Positions 1 through 9,539 of a DNA stretch of 64,000 bases are shown one piece after another. Under the pieces are notes generated by a model. It made no database searches. It was not told where the DNA came from and was given only the letters and a program-made list of their open reading frames with translations. How positions within the stretch are numbered: the stretch's first letter is position 1; each line of letters begins with the position of its first letter. Made by a program: the position numbers and the translations under genes. Source of the stretch: Thermoprotei archaeon (GTDB lineage Archaea > Thermoproteota > Thermoprotei > QMSL01 > B3-G16); the NCBI GenBank assembly GCA_021162845.1, contig JAGGXX010000007.1, forward strand, positions 11,361 to 75,360. Reading direction: 5' to 3'.

Positions 1-484
1 CGATAACCGCATTAGCCACCAACGCCGATCCTAATTCGCTTCTCTCAATGGACTCCCAGTCACCAAGTGCTGACAATATATTGTTAAGAGATTCATTAAC
101 CTCCTCTTCGGAGAACCCCACCCAACGAGCTTCCATACCGACGAGGTCCAGCGCTAGCTCAATCAATACTTCATAGCATCTCTGCCTAACAATTACTTTA
201 CGCTTTTTCTCTTCATCGGAATCCTCGGGAAGTACCTTAGCCTTAATGAATTCTAAATTTAACCTACGAATCGTAGAGCTTAGAACGCTTACGAGTTTCC
301 CTCGCATCTCAGGATGCAATATATGATCTGCAGCTAACTTGGTATGTCCCATTAAGGCTGTTTTAACTATATGATCTGCGTGGTCAACTCTAGGAGAGAT
401 GGGAAACTTCAGCTTTTCGGGCCTACTTCCAAGCACTATAGACCGGGCATCGATATTTAAGGTACTAGTACCCACAGAGCCCAT
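1..484 (-). CDS. hypothetical protein (3' end runs off window)
   Basis: Manual translation: ATG at 484 preceded by AAGGTGGA RBS; open frame MGSVGTSTLNIDARSIVLGSRPEKLKFPISPRVDHADHIVKTALMGH... to the window edge; downstream of and co-oriented with the FGGY kinase. Confidence 0.75.
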   Translation of the reverse strand, partial: MGSVGTSTLNIDARSIVLGSRPEKLKFPISPRVDHADHIVKTALMGHTKLAADHILHPEMRGKLVSVLSSTIRRLNLEFIKAKVLPEDSDEEKKRKVIVRQRCYEVLIELALDLVGMEARWVGFSEEEVNESLNNILSALGDWESIERSELGSALVANAVI

Positions 485-619
485 TTCTTTTCCACCTTTT
501 AAAGCGACAATCCAGAACTAATAAGTATTATATAGGAGTTATATCCTTTACCTTTCAATGAGCTCTCGCCTACCACGTCCTCTTTAACGCATGAACTACA
601 AGCAGTTAACCGTAAGGGA

Positions 620-2149
620 CTATATCTCCTCTCTGTAAACTTCAGTAAGTACGTTCTCCAATGTATTCGTAATCTTGAGATATGCGTTATAGAACTTCTC
701 ATATAATTTGCTCCATCTTTCAATAGGATCATGGTGGCTTATGTATGCTATCATATCTTTGACCGCTTCTTCAGCTGAATTGAACGCCCCCGTCCCAAGC
801 CCTGCCAAAATTGCTGCGCCTAAAGGTGCTGCATCTATTTCCCTAGGTATTATCACCCTTCTCCGCCATACACTTGCCTTTATAATACCCCAAAGCGTAC
901 TCCGCGCAGCACCACCTAATAGTACAACCTTATCGATTTCAAGGTTTAATTCGCCAAATACATCAAATATCTCCTTACATAGATAAGCTACACTTTCCAT
1001 TATGCATCTCGCTATATGAGCACGTGTATGACCTAAAGTTAGACCAAGTATCGCTCCCCTTAAGTATGGATTCCATCGAGGGGCATTAGCCCCCATGAAG
1101 AAAGGAAGCAGTATTAGACCATTTGATCCTGGATTCACTTTTTCCGCCTCTTTACTTATAATGTCGTAAGGATCTATGCCTTTCTTCATAGCCTCTTCAA
1201 CCTCTTTTAACGCTATGTTATCCCTAAACCATCGTAAAATAGCCCCAGTAGGGGTTGTTCCTGCTTCGAGAAGTCTAAGATCATCGATTACATGACATGA
1301 ACATAGAATCCTCCTTTTGGGATCCAGAACTACCTCGTCAACGCTCATTTTTATGTTAGTTGTTGTACCTGTAGTTTCTCCTACAATTCCATGCCTAACT
1401 ACACCTGCCCCCAGGGCCTCACAAGGTCTATCTCCACCACCATTTATAACGGGAATGCTCCTCCTAAGTCCCAGTTTCTTTACGTAATCCTCACGTACAT
1501 GTCCTATTATCTCATGAGATGGCATTATTTCAGGCAACTTATCTACGGAGAGCTCACATGACGAGATGATCTCTGTATCCCAATCTAACTTATGTATGTT
1601 AAAAAGTAATGTTCTTGAGGCCAGAGAGGGATCCGTACAAGCCTTTCCAGTTAATATGAAGTTTATAAACTCCTTAGGTTGAAGAAAAACATGAGCTTTC
1701 TCGTAAACTTCGGGCTTGTTTTCCTTAAGCCAAATTAATTTTGTAGCAGTAAACGTGGGGGCGAGTCTTAAACCAGTCTTTCCATAAATTTCCTCCTCAC
1801 TGATAGTACTTCTTATTTCTTCAGTCTGAGGTATGCTCCTCTCATCCATCCAAATAATACAACGATCCAGAGGCTCGCCATTTTTAGAAATAGGTACTAC
1901 GCCTTCCCGTTGCCCAGTCAAAGTCATACCGACTATTCTATAACCCTTTTTATACGCTTCTCTGATAACTGCGCGTGTGCTTAGGAAAAAGGCATCTAGC
2001 CAATCCTTAGGATCCTGCTCTGCCCATAAAGGTCTAGGATGATAAGTAGGGTATTCTACCTGAGAGTCCGCTATCCTGTTTCCATTAAGATCGTAGACTA
2101 TTGCCTTACAATTGGTAGTGCCTAAATCTACGCCTAAAAGGGCCTCCAT
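620..2149 (-). CDS. FGGY-family carbohydrate kinase (xylulokinase-like)
   Basis: GVDLGTT, EQDP, W.D.R, GGGD, TGTT, GGAARS motifs; start moved to the ATG of MEALLGVDLG (2149). Confidence 0.9.
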   Translation of the reverse strand: MEALLGVDLGTTNCKAIVYDLNGNRIADSQVEYPTYHPRPLWAEQDPKDWLDAFFLSTRAVIREAYKKGYRIVGMTLTGQREGVVPISKNGEPLDRCIIWMDERSIPQTEEIRSTISEEEIYGKTGLRLAPTFTATKLIWLKENKPEVYEKAHVFLQPKEFINFILTGKACTDPSLASRTLLFNIHKLDWDTEIISSCELSVDKLPEIMPSHEIIGHVREDYVKKLGLRRSIPVINGGGDRPCEALGAGVVRHGIVGETTGTTTNIKMSVDEVVLDPKRRILCSCHVIDDLRLLEAGTTPTGAILRWFRDNIALKEVEEAMKKGIDPYDIISKEAEKVNPGSNGLILLPFFMGANAPRWNPYLRGAILGLTLGHTRAHIARCIMESVAYLCKEIFDVFGELNLEIDKVVLLGGAARSTLWGIIKASVWRRRVIIPREIDAAPLGAAILAGLGTGAFNSAEEAVKDMIAYISHHDPIERWSKLYEKFYNAYLKITNTLENVLTEVYREEI

Positions 2150-2281
2150 ATCAAGAGAATTAAGGAACGTAGTCCTTAAAATTGTTGTAGCTCTGCTAAG
2201 GCCTATGAGTATTTGTGGGAACCACTTGCTGGGTGTCGAGCAGCATAGGGGCACTCTCTCGAGGATCCATAGGTAATGAAC

Positions 2282-3235
2282 TCATGTTATCCTCAACACC
2301 TCCTCATTTAATCTATCTATGAATTCCTCAAAGTACTTAACGGGCACCCGAGCTCCCGCCGCCCTTTTATGTCCTCCTCCCTCCACTGGAGTCTCCTTGG
2401 AAAGCTCACGTAACATCAAGTTAAGGTCTATTTTCTCATCGTTAGTCCTAAGGCTCATTATGATCGTGTCCTTCCGCACTTCACCCGCCAGTCCGATTCT
2501 AGTCTTGGCCAAGGCCCTAACATAAGTAGCAGCCCTGGAGACGCTACCGCTAGGGTTTAGCACGTAAGCTACATTACCTTTAACCTTAAGAGATTTCTTT
2601 ATCTCCTGGATCATCTCCTCTTCTGATACGCTCTCTATAAGGGCCCTTACGAGTAGTTCCGAGAGAGCGCTAGGAAGCCTGTTCTCACTCAAGTGTTTAA
2701 CTACATGGCGCTTGAAGTCGTACATTTTCCGGCTTCCCTCGAGCCCCTGACTTAAAACCCCAGCCTCGAAGTAGATGAGCCTCATATCCCAGTCCTCTAG
2801 GGCCCTTCTAGCAAAGGGGGTATCCGCCATGTAATCCGCTATGGCACCGTATAGTGCCACCCTATTATACTCCCACGGCAGTTTATCCTCAAAGAACCTA
2901 AACGTCAGCTCAGCCGCACAAGCACTAATATCGTGAACTACGATCCCAGGTAGCTCGTCCATTCCTAAACCTATTGGCTCGGGATGGTGATCTATGTAGA
3001 TGAACTCGCCTTTCCCTGAAATACTCGAGAAGATATCTATCAATGATTCGAGGTGCGACTCATTCAGTGCTATGTCGACTATTATGACATCATCGCCTGG
3101 CTTCACATTATCCCTCAAGTCCCCATAGAGCCCATGGGGATGGGTGAAGAATATCTCGGCCTCCCCTACAGCGGCCAATGCCAGAGCAGCTGAGGTAACG
3201 CCATCACCATCACCATGTGCGAATATCCACCTCAA
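2282..3235 (-). CDS. DHH/DHHA1-family phosphoesterase
   Basis: HGDGDG, VDIA, IDHH, GAIAD, SLR and GGGH..AAG motifs. Confidence 0.88.
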   Translation of the reverse strand: MRWIFAHGDGDGVTSAALALAAVGEAEIFFTHPHGLYGDLRDNVKPGDDVIIVDIALNESHLESLIDIFSSISGKGEFIYIDHHPEPIGLGMDELPGIVVHDISACAAELTFRFFEDKLPWEYNRVALYGAIADYMADTPFARRALEDWDMRLIYFEAGVLSQGLEGSRKMYDFKRHVVKHLSENRLPSALSELLVRALIESVSEEEMIQEIKKSLKVKGNVAYVLNPSGSVSRAATYVRALAKTRIGLAGEVRKDTIIMSLRTNDEKIDLNLMLRELSKETPVEGGGHKRAAGARVPVKYFEEFIDRLNEEVLRIT

Positions 3236-3341
3236 GGTATCCCCCGTCCTTTATTTGACCTTCCTCACGCCTTAAGGATTATCACCTCCCGTATATTGAT
3301 CGCTAAGTTTAACTAGCTCTATCATCAATTCAGGAACGAGC

Positions 3342-4442
3342 ATGAGTTGGCGCCTTGGCAAATGGAGCAAGCTCATATTAGAATGTGATTTTGATAAGGT
3401 CGAAGTACCTATATTCAAGGCATCGGCTAGGGGTAAGCAGATCCCCCTCCTTAAGACGCTATTATCGAATTACTGTACTAATCAGTGCATGTACTGTCCC
3501 TTTCGATTGGGCTGTTCCAAGGAGAAGCTGACATGGGATTTGGAGAGGCTAACGAGGGTAACCTTTAAACTATGGAAGGATCGAAGGATAGAGGGCCTCT
3601 TCCTCTCAAGTAGTATTCCACGTGACCCAGATCAAGTAGTGGAGTGGGAGGTAGAGGTAGCTGAGAGGCTGCGCAAGATGGGCTTCAACGGATATATACA
3701 CCTAAGGTTAATGCCTGGAACCAGCCGTGATCTAATATGGCGTGCAGCAGAGGTTGCTGATAGAATTGGCGTGAACCTAGAAGCACCGACGAGGGATATC
3801 TTCGATGAGCTAGCTCCCGGGAAAGCGGATTATCGAAATGATATCCTGAAGAGACTCGAGTGGGCATCTCAGGCTGAGCGAGCGCTTAGGGATAAAGGTA
3901 GGCTCAGTGATTACGGGTATCTTAAAGCCGGGATAGACACCCAGATGATAATAGGAGCCGTTGAGGAGGACAAAGATATGGATTACGTGCTAGCTACCTA
4001 TGACCTCTATAGGAAGCTCGGCTTAAGACGCGTCTATTATAGCGGGTTCAGGCCCGTGAGGGGGACACCGCTCGAGGATAGACCTCCCTGTCCCTCTGAA
4101 AGGGAGCTTAGGCTATATCGGGTATCATTTCTGATAAGGGATTACGGCTTCTCACCTGCAGAGCTAAGCAGCATTATGCAGGATGGCATGCTCCCCAACG
4201 AAGATCCCAAGTTGGTCTTTGCTCAAGCTAACCCCCATCTTTACCCTATAGATCCCAATGAGGCCACCTTTGAGGAACTGCTGAAAGTTCCCGGCATAGG
4301 CCCTATCGGCGCCAAGAAGCTGCTAAGGCTCAGGGATGCCAAAGGATGCATTACTGTTTACGATGTAATGCGCGTGCTAGGTCGTGCTAGGGCTAGGCTC
4401 GCGATTAAGTACCTCGATGTACGCTATCAGGGCCTTGTATGA
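3342..4442 (+). CDS. radical SAM protein with C-terminal helix-hairpin-helix (putative DNA modification/repair radical SAM, TIGR03916-like)
   Basis: LLKTLLSNYCTNQCMYC (CxxxCxxC), GLFLSS, GYIHL, RVYYS, RELRLY, DPK and LLKVPGIG HhH. Confidence 0.85.
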   Translation: MSWRLGKWSKLILECDFDKVEVPIFKASARGKQIPLLKTLLSNYCTNQCMYCPFRLGCSKEKLTWDLERLTRVTFKLWKDRRIEGLFLSSSIPRDPDQVVEWEVEVAERLRKMGFNGYIHLRLMPGTSRDLIWRAAEVADRIGVNLEAPTRDIFDELAPGKADYRNDILKRLEWASQAERALRDKGRLSDYGYLKAGIDTQMIIGAVEEDKDMDYVLATYDLYRKLGLRRVYYSGFRPVRGTPLEDRPPCPSERELRLYRVSFLIRDYGFSPAELSSIMQDGMLPNEDPKLVFAQANPHLYPIDPNEATFEELLKVPGIGPIGAKKLLRLRDAKGCITVYDVMRVLGRARARLAIKYLDVRYQGLV

Positions 4443-4758
4443 GCTCGTGTATCACTTTCCTCGTGCTCCTAATGAAGTATGAGTCCCCCTCCTTATCTAT
4501 CGTAACGCCGACTTTGTTGAGCCTTTCGAGTTGGGACCTCTGCTCGAGTATGGCTCTCACGGCGTCCATTAGCCTCGGGTATTCCGGTAATGGCTCGTGA
4601 TAGTGGAAGAGTGAGTCCAAGGATATCCTCACCTGTCTCTGCCCTATTATCCCTGTGATGCTGAGGATGCGCGCTCCATGCCTACTGAGGTACCTTTTAA
4701 GCGCTATTAATAGGACCTCCCAGGCCTCAGGCATATCTACATCAGCTAAATATAACAT
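4405..4758 (-). CDS. hypothetical protein
   Basis: 117-aa ORF filling the gap, divergent from nnr; overlaps the rSAM 3' end by 38 nt. Confidence 0.55.
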   Translation of the reverse strand: MLYLADVDMPEAWEVLLIALKRYLSRHGARILSITGIIGQRQVRISLDSLFHYHEPLPEYPRLMDAVRAILEQRSQLERLNKVGVTIDKEGDSYFIRSTRKVIHELIQGPDSVHRGT

Positions 4759-4789
4759 ACTCCGTCAGATATAATCCCTGGGACGTTCT

Positions 4790-6370
4790 ATGGGAGAGCT
4801 CGAGGTTTTATCAAGTTCTCAGGTCAGGCTCCTGGATGAGAACTCGATGGCATTAGGCATATCACCTTTACAGCTCATGGAAGCTGCTGGTAAGAGTGTA
4901 GCGGACTTCATAGCGTCGAAGATAGATATGAGGGGTAAGAGGGCAGTAGTCGTATGCGGTACGGGGAATAACGGTGGTGATGGCTTCGTTACAGCTAGGT
5001 ACTTGGCTAGTATGGGCTCTCATGTCACGGTTATCTTACTGGGGAGGGAGAGCGACATAAGGACTGAGGAGGCGAGGAGGAATTGGTCGATATTGAAAGG
5101 CCTCAGGCTCACGGTTAAGCTATACGAGGCTCCCGATGAGGAACATCTAATGAGGATCAAGGACTTGATACTAGGTGCTGACATCATAGTTGATGCCATC
5201 TTCGGTATAGGCTTTAAGGGCATGGCTCGCCCTCCCCATTCCACGGCCATTAGGCTCATGAACCAGAGTAAGGGGTTTAAGGTCGCTGTAGATATACCAT
5301 CAGGGCTTGAAGCCGATACGGCAGAGGTACATGGTGAAGCCTTTAAGGCACATGCTACTATAACCTTTCAGGCTGTTAAGCCAAGCTTACTGAAGGTGAA
5401 GGAATACGTCGGTGAACTCATCGTAGCTAGAATAGGGATTCCAATCGAAGCGATGTACCTAGTGGGATTGAGTGATGTTAGGAGGTGCTTTAAGAAACGT
5501 GATATCTTCGCTAAGAAGGGCGATCATGGCAGGGTGGTGATAGTAGGCGGTTCGGTCAATTACACAGGTGCTCCAGCCCTCGCCGCCTTTGCGGCCCTTA
5601 AGATGGGAGTTGACCTAGCCTTGATCTTAACCCCCAAAGAGGCCGTGGCACCGATAAGGGCTTATTCCCCTGACCTAATAGTGACTCCCTTAAGTAGTCG
5701 AGAGAACCTCTCCTTAAGCGATGTACCCTTAGTACTATCGGCATGCGAGCGAGCTGACGCCCTGATCATAGGGCCGGGCTTAGGCCTTCATGAGGAGACG
5801 GTGAGATCAGTTAGGGAGATAGTGGCTAAGGTTGAAGTGCCTATGATCATAGATGCTGATGCCCTAAAAGCCCTTAGCGGATACCTAGATCTAATCAAGG
5901 GGAAAAGGGCAGTCCTCACCCCTCACTCCAAGGAATTCGAGATATTGACGGGCATCCCATTCCCTCCGCCTGAGGATCTTCAAGGGAGACTAAGGGTTGC
6001 TAAGGATGTCGCTAAGGAATACGCCTTAACCTTCCTGGTGAAGGGAAGGGAGGACGTGATAACGGATGGGCAAAGGGTTAAGGTGAACATGACGGGTAAT
6101 GCGCTCATGACTGTAGGTGGCACTGGAGATGTGCTGACGGGCATCATAGCCGCCCTAATCGCCAATGGAATTGCACCATTTGAAGCTGCTTGTGCGGGAG
6201 CCTTCATAAATGGGTTAGCGGGGGATATCGTTGCCTCTCATAAAGTGTTCATCACGGCTAGAACGCTCATAGAATTCATTCAAGATGCAGTAAAGCTCAT
6301 ATTGAAGGATTTTCAGGTGGTGGAGAGATCACAAGTATTTAACGCATTGTTCTCCAAAGGTGGATCATGA
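4790..6370 (+). CDS. nnr: bifunctional NAD(P)H-hydrate epimerase/dehydratase (YjeF)
   Basis: LME.AG, GTGNNGGDG, DAIFG.G, DIPSG; KGDHG, GPGLG, DADA, TPH..EF, GGTGDVL. Confidence 0.95.
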   Translation: MGELEVLSSSQVRLLDENSMALGISPLQLMEAAGKSVADFIASKIDMRGKRAVVVCGTGNNGGDGFVTARYLASMGSHVTVILLGRESDIRTEEARRNWSILKGLRLTVKLYEAPDEEHLMRIKDLILGADIIVDAIFGIGFKGMARPPHSTAIRLMNQSKGFKVAVDIPSGLEADTAEVHGEAFKAHATITFQAVKPSLLKVKEYVGELIVARIGIPIEAMYLVGLSDVRRCFKKRDIFAKKGDHGRVVIVGGSVNYTGAPALAAFAALKMGVDLALILTPKEAVAPIRAYSPDLIVTPLSSRENLSLSDVPLVLSACERADALIIGPGLGLHEETVRSVREIVAKVEVPMIIDADALKALSGYLDLIKGKRAVLTPHSKEFEILTGIPFPPPEDLQGRLRVAKDVAKEYALTFLVKGREDVITDGQRVKVNMTGNALMTVGGTGDVLTGIIAALIANGIAPFEAACAGAFINGLAGDIVASHKVFITARTLIEFIQDAVKLILKDFQVVERSQVFNALFSKGGS

Positions 6371-6467
6371 GCTCCTTCCCCCCAAGGAGGCCTGGTTTAC
6401 TGAGGATGCACTCGAGATATTTAAAGAGGGACGGTAAGTAGGTTCGACATAATCTCTGAGATGCTAG

Positions 6468-7424
6468 TTACGTCAGTTGCAGATTCTCAGGCCTTATGTT
6501 ACTTTGTCTCCTGATCAGGTTCATGGCTTCATCAATGGTAGGAACGCCTTCTATCGCCCCTACATGCATACACTTTAGAGAAGCCACGGCATTTGCCAGT
6601 GCTAGGACATCCCCTAAATCGCGGTTACGTAGGTAGCCATAGATCACAGCCGCATTCCATACATCACCAGCGCCCACTGTATCCTTAACCGGCACGTCAT
6701 AGGTTTCCATGAAGCATCCCCTCTCGCCTCTGATGAGCGCTCCTCCCCTCCTCCCCATCTTCACGCCTATTAGCCTTACGCCCCTCCTCCTCATCTCCAT
6801 ACCTATCCTCCTCAGATCGCGTGTGCCCAATATGAACTCATATTCCCTGAGCGTGGCCAGTACTATGTCAGAGAGGGAAATCAATTTCTCATATATCTCC
6901 CTAGCTACTTCCTCGCTCTCCCAGACATCGGGCCTATAGGTCGGATCGAATGATACTTTGACGTTATTCTCATGGGCGTACTTCACGAGCTCAAGTATAT
7001 TGCTTCTCGCGGGTTCCTGAGAGAGGGCAAATCCAGAGACATGAAGCACTTTAGCTCCTCTAACGTATTCGAAGTCGTCTTCATTTAGTACGAGCTCCGT
7101 GTCCGCTGTGGGAAGCCATGGTTTTCGGTAGAAGAAAAATTCCCTTTCGCCGTGAGGAAGCCTTACGACGAAAGCTATCGTCGTGCGCTTCCCTTTTACT
7201 CTCTTTACGTGGCTTACATCTACACCTCTCTCCTCTAACGTGTTAAATAGAAAACGCCCTAGTGGATCGTCGCCTACAGCAGCTATCGCTCCTACCCGCA
7301 AGCCAAGCCTAGCACATGCAACGGCGCAATTCATGGGAGCACCTCCAAAGCGCATGTTGTACAGATCTGTATCCACGGGTATCATGTCCACGAGTATTTC
7401 ACCTACACTAACGACGTCAACCAT
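6468..7424 (-). CDS. PfkB-family carbohydrate kinase
   Basis: GEILVD, GGAP.N.A, VGDD.LG, DTVGAGD motifs. Confidence 0.92.
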   Translation of the reverse strand: MVDVVSVGEILVDMIPVDTDLYNMRFGGAPMNCAVACARLGLRVGAIAAVGDDPLGRFLFNTLEERGVDVSHVKRVKGKRTTIAFVVRLPHGEREFFFYRKPWLPTADTELVLNEDDFEYVRGAKVLHVSGFALSQEPARSNILELVKYAHENNVKVSFDPTYRPDVWESEEVAREIYEKLISLSDIVLATLREYEFILGTRDLRRIGMEMRRRGVRLIGVKMGRRGGALIRGERGCFMETYDVPVKDTVGAGDVWNAAVIYGYLRNRDLGDVLALANAVASLKCMHVGAIEGVPTIDEAMNLIRRQSNIRPENLQLT

Positions 7425-7471
7425 AGTTCCCCCTTATGATCTATGAAGACCTCAAGCTAAAAAATCATTAG

Positions 7472-7867
7472 TTAGTCTAAGCGCATGAGGAATTTAGTCA
7501 GTACCTTAGCGGCGGTAGCATAGGCCTCCTTTCTCAAAGCCCTCAAATCTTCGATTAAATCTTCGTATCCCTCCTTTTTGGCTATATACTCCATGTTCTT
7601 AATAGCGCTTAAACATGTGAATAGCGACTCGCTTAGTAATCCACATGAAGCGCACATAGGCCTTCTCGCCCTCTCCCTTATCTCCTTTATGAGCTTCCAC
7701 ATCCTGCTAATATACCTCTGGTAATCATCGTGCATGACCCTTTTCACGAAAGAACAGTCAACGCAATAACCCTGCGCTTGATCGGTACATTCATCACAAA
7801 TAACCCTATGGCATCGAGGACAGATCCTGATCGCCTTACGCCTACCGCATAGTTCGCAGATAACAAT
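7472..7867 (-). CDS. Cys-rich zinc-finger protein (track ORF extended 40 codons upstream)
   Basis: Same frame continues upstream of 7747 as IVICELCGRRKAIRICPRCHRVICDECTDQAQGYCVDCSF; first plausible start is ATT at 7867, 7 nt after a GAGGTG RBS. Confidence 0.7.
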   Translation of the reverse strand: MVICELCGRRKAIRICPRCHRVICDECTDQAQGYCVDCSFVKRVMHDDYQRYISRMWKLIKEIRERARRPMCASCGLLSESLFTCLSAIKNMEYIAKKEGYEDLIEDLRALRKEAYATAAKVLTKFLMRLD

Positions 7868-7920
7868 AGTTCATCACCTCACAATAGGCCTATATATTTT
7901 CAGAGAAAATAATATTAGTC

Positions 7921-7932
7921 TTATTCGAATAA
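7921..7932. promoter_or_regulatory. palindrome TTATTCGAATAA upstream of the PhoU regulator, possible operator
   Basis: Perfect 12-bp palindrome in the AT-rich divergent promoter region. Confidence 0.35.
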
Positions 7933-7950
7933 ATATATTGGTGCTAGTTT

Positions 7951-8979
7951 ATGGTAAAACGGAACCTTAGAAAGGTACAGATGACCGGGGGCTCAACGCT
8001 GATAGTCTCATTACCTAAGGAGTGGGTTCGAAATGTGGGCCTAACCCCTGGTAGCTACGTAACGGTTCAGGTTCAACCCGATGGCTCCCTTAGGATAACC
8101 CCTGTCTCCAGGTTAGAGAAAAAGTCGTTTGAGGCTTTCATGTGTGTGACCGAGGACATGTCCCCCTCCATGGTCATAAGGGAATTCCTCTCGCGTTACT
8201 TAGCTGGTTATGACCTCATACGCGTTGAGTTTAAGGAGGAAGGGAAGAAGCACAGGTATGTAATAAAGCACGCTGTGGAACGTAAGATGATAGGGATGGA
8301 AGTCATCGAGGAGTCCGAGGATGGGATGATCGTGCAGTGCCTGGCGGCTCACTCAGAACTACCCGTAAGGATCGCGCTTAGAAGGATGTCCAACATAACG
8401 CTCTCGATGCTTAACGATCTACTTAAGAACCTACGAGAGGGGCGGTGGGATGCGCTTAAGGATCTCCCTCCTAGGGATGATAACGTAGACAAGTTCTATA
8501 CGTTCATACTCCGGCAACTTAAAATGACCATGATAGGAATTCTAGCGCCTGAGGATATAGGCGCTAAAGACCTACGGGAGTGCCTAGGCCTTCGTTTGGT
8601 CATAAAGAGCGTGGAGAGGATCGCGGATCACATAGCTAACTCCGCCAAATACTTGAGCAGCATCAAGGAGAGGCCTCCTCACCAGCTCATCTTAAAGCTA
8701 TATGAGCTCGGTGAGGCGGCGAAGAAACTCTACGTGAAGGCCATTGATGCCTTCTTCAAATTCGACGTCATACTGGCGCATGAAGCAGCTGATAACATAA
8801 ACTACGTATATAACCTTGAAAATGAGACAATAGTTTCCGTCATAACCAAGGTCAAGGAGGTAGAAGATGCTACACTCCTTAGGCTAGTTGCCGAGAGCAT
8901 GAGGAGAATCGCTGACTATAGCACGGACATATGCGAGATAACGATAAACTTAAACATCACTCCCCCTAAGAGAGTGTAG
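7951..8979 (+). CDS. phoU: phosphate uptake regulator (AbrB-type N-terminal domain + tandem PhoU domains)
   Basis: RKVQ.TGGST..VSLPKEW N-terminus; ERIADH and RRIADY PhoU repeats. Confidence 0.92.
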   Translation: MVKRNLRKVQMTGGSTLIVSLPKEWVRNVGLTPGSYVTVQVQPDGSLRITPVSRLEKKSFEAFMCVTEDMSPSMVIREFLSRYLAGYDLIRVEFKEEGKKHRYVIKHAVERKMIGMEVIEESEDGMIVQCLAAHSELPVRIALRRMSNITLSMLNDLLKNLREGRWDALKDLPPRDDNVDKFYTFILRQLKMTMIGILAPEDIGAKDLRECLGLRLVIKSVERIADHIANSAKYLSSIKERPPHQLILKLYELGEAAKKLYVKAIDAFFKFDVILAHEAADNINYVYNLENETIVSVITKVKEVEDATLLRLVAESMRRIADYSTDICEITINLNITPPKRV

Positions 8980-9008
8980 GATCCTCACATGATTAGGAGG
9001 TCATACTG

Positions 9009-9539
9009 ATGAAGGTCGAAAGGTCATTAAGCGAGGTCGTATCTCCTACGCTAAAAGCCCTCAAGAACCCTGGACTGCTCCTGGTATCCGTAGACGAAAA
9101 CGGAAGGCCTAACGCTATGACCATAGGCTGGGGCTTCGCGGGCATTCTATGGGGACGCCCGTATTTCATCGTTGCAGTACGTCCCTCCCGCTTCACCTTC
9201 TCGCTTATAGAGAAGACGAGTGACTTCACGGTGAACGTACCTAGGAAGGGCATGGAGCAGGCGGTCAGCTTCTGTGGAACGGTCTCGGGTAGGGATTACG
9301 ATAAGTTTAAGGAGTGCGGCTTTACCTCCTGTCCCTCTAAGTTCGTGCGATCCCCTGTAATAGAGGAGTGCGTGATCCACTATGAGTGTAAAGTGGCCTA
9401 TAAGCATAGATTAAGCGAGGCGGGAATTTCCTCAGGCATAATATCCCAGTGGTATCCCGGGGGCGATCTTCACACGCTGTACTTCGGCGAAATCCTAGCC
9501 ATATATGCCGATGAGGATTATGAAAGATCGCTACCTTAG
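9009..9539 (+). CDS. flavin reductase-like protein
   Basis: N.MTIGW, VRPSR.T, FTVN, GT.SGR..DK, H.LY.GEI. Confidence 0.9.
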   Translation: MKVERSLSEVVSPTLKALKNPGLLLVSVDENGRPNAMTIGWGFAGILWGRPYFIVAVRPSRFTFSLIEKTSDFTVNVPRKGMEQAVSFCGTVSGRDYDKFKECGFTSCPSKFVRSPVIEECVIHYECKVAYKHRLSEAGISSGIISQWYPGGDLHTLYFGEILAIYADEDYERSLP

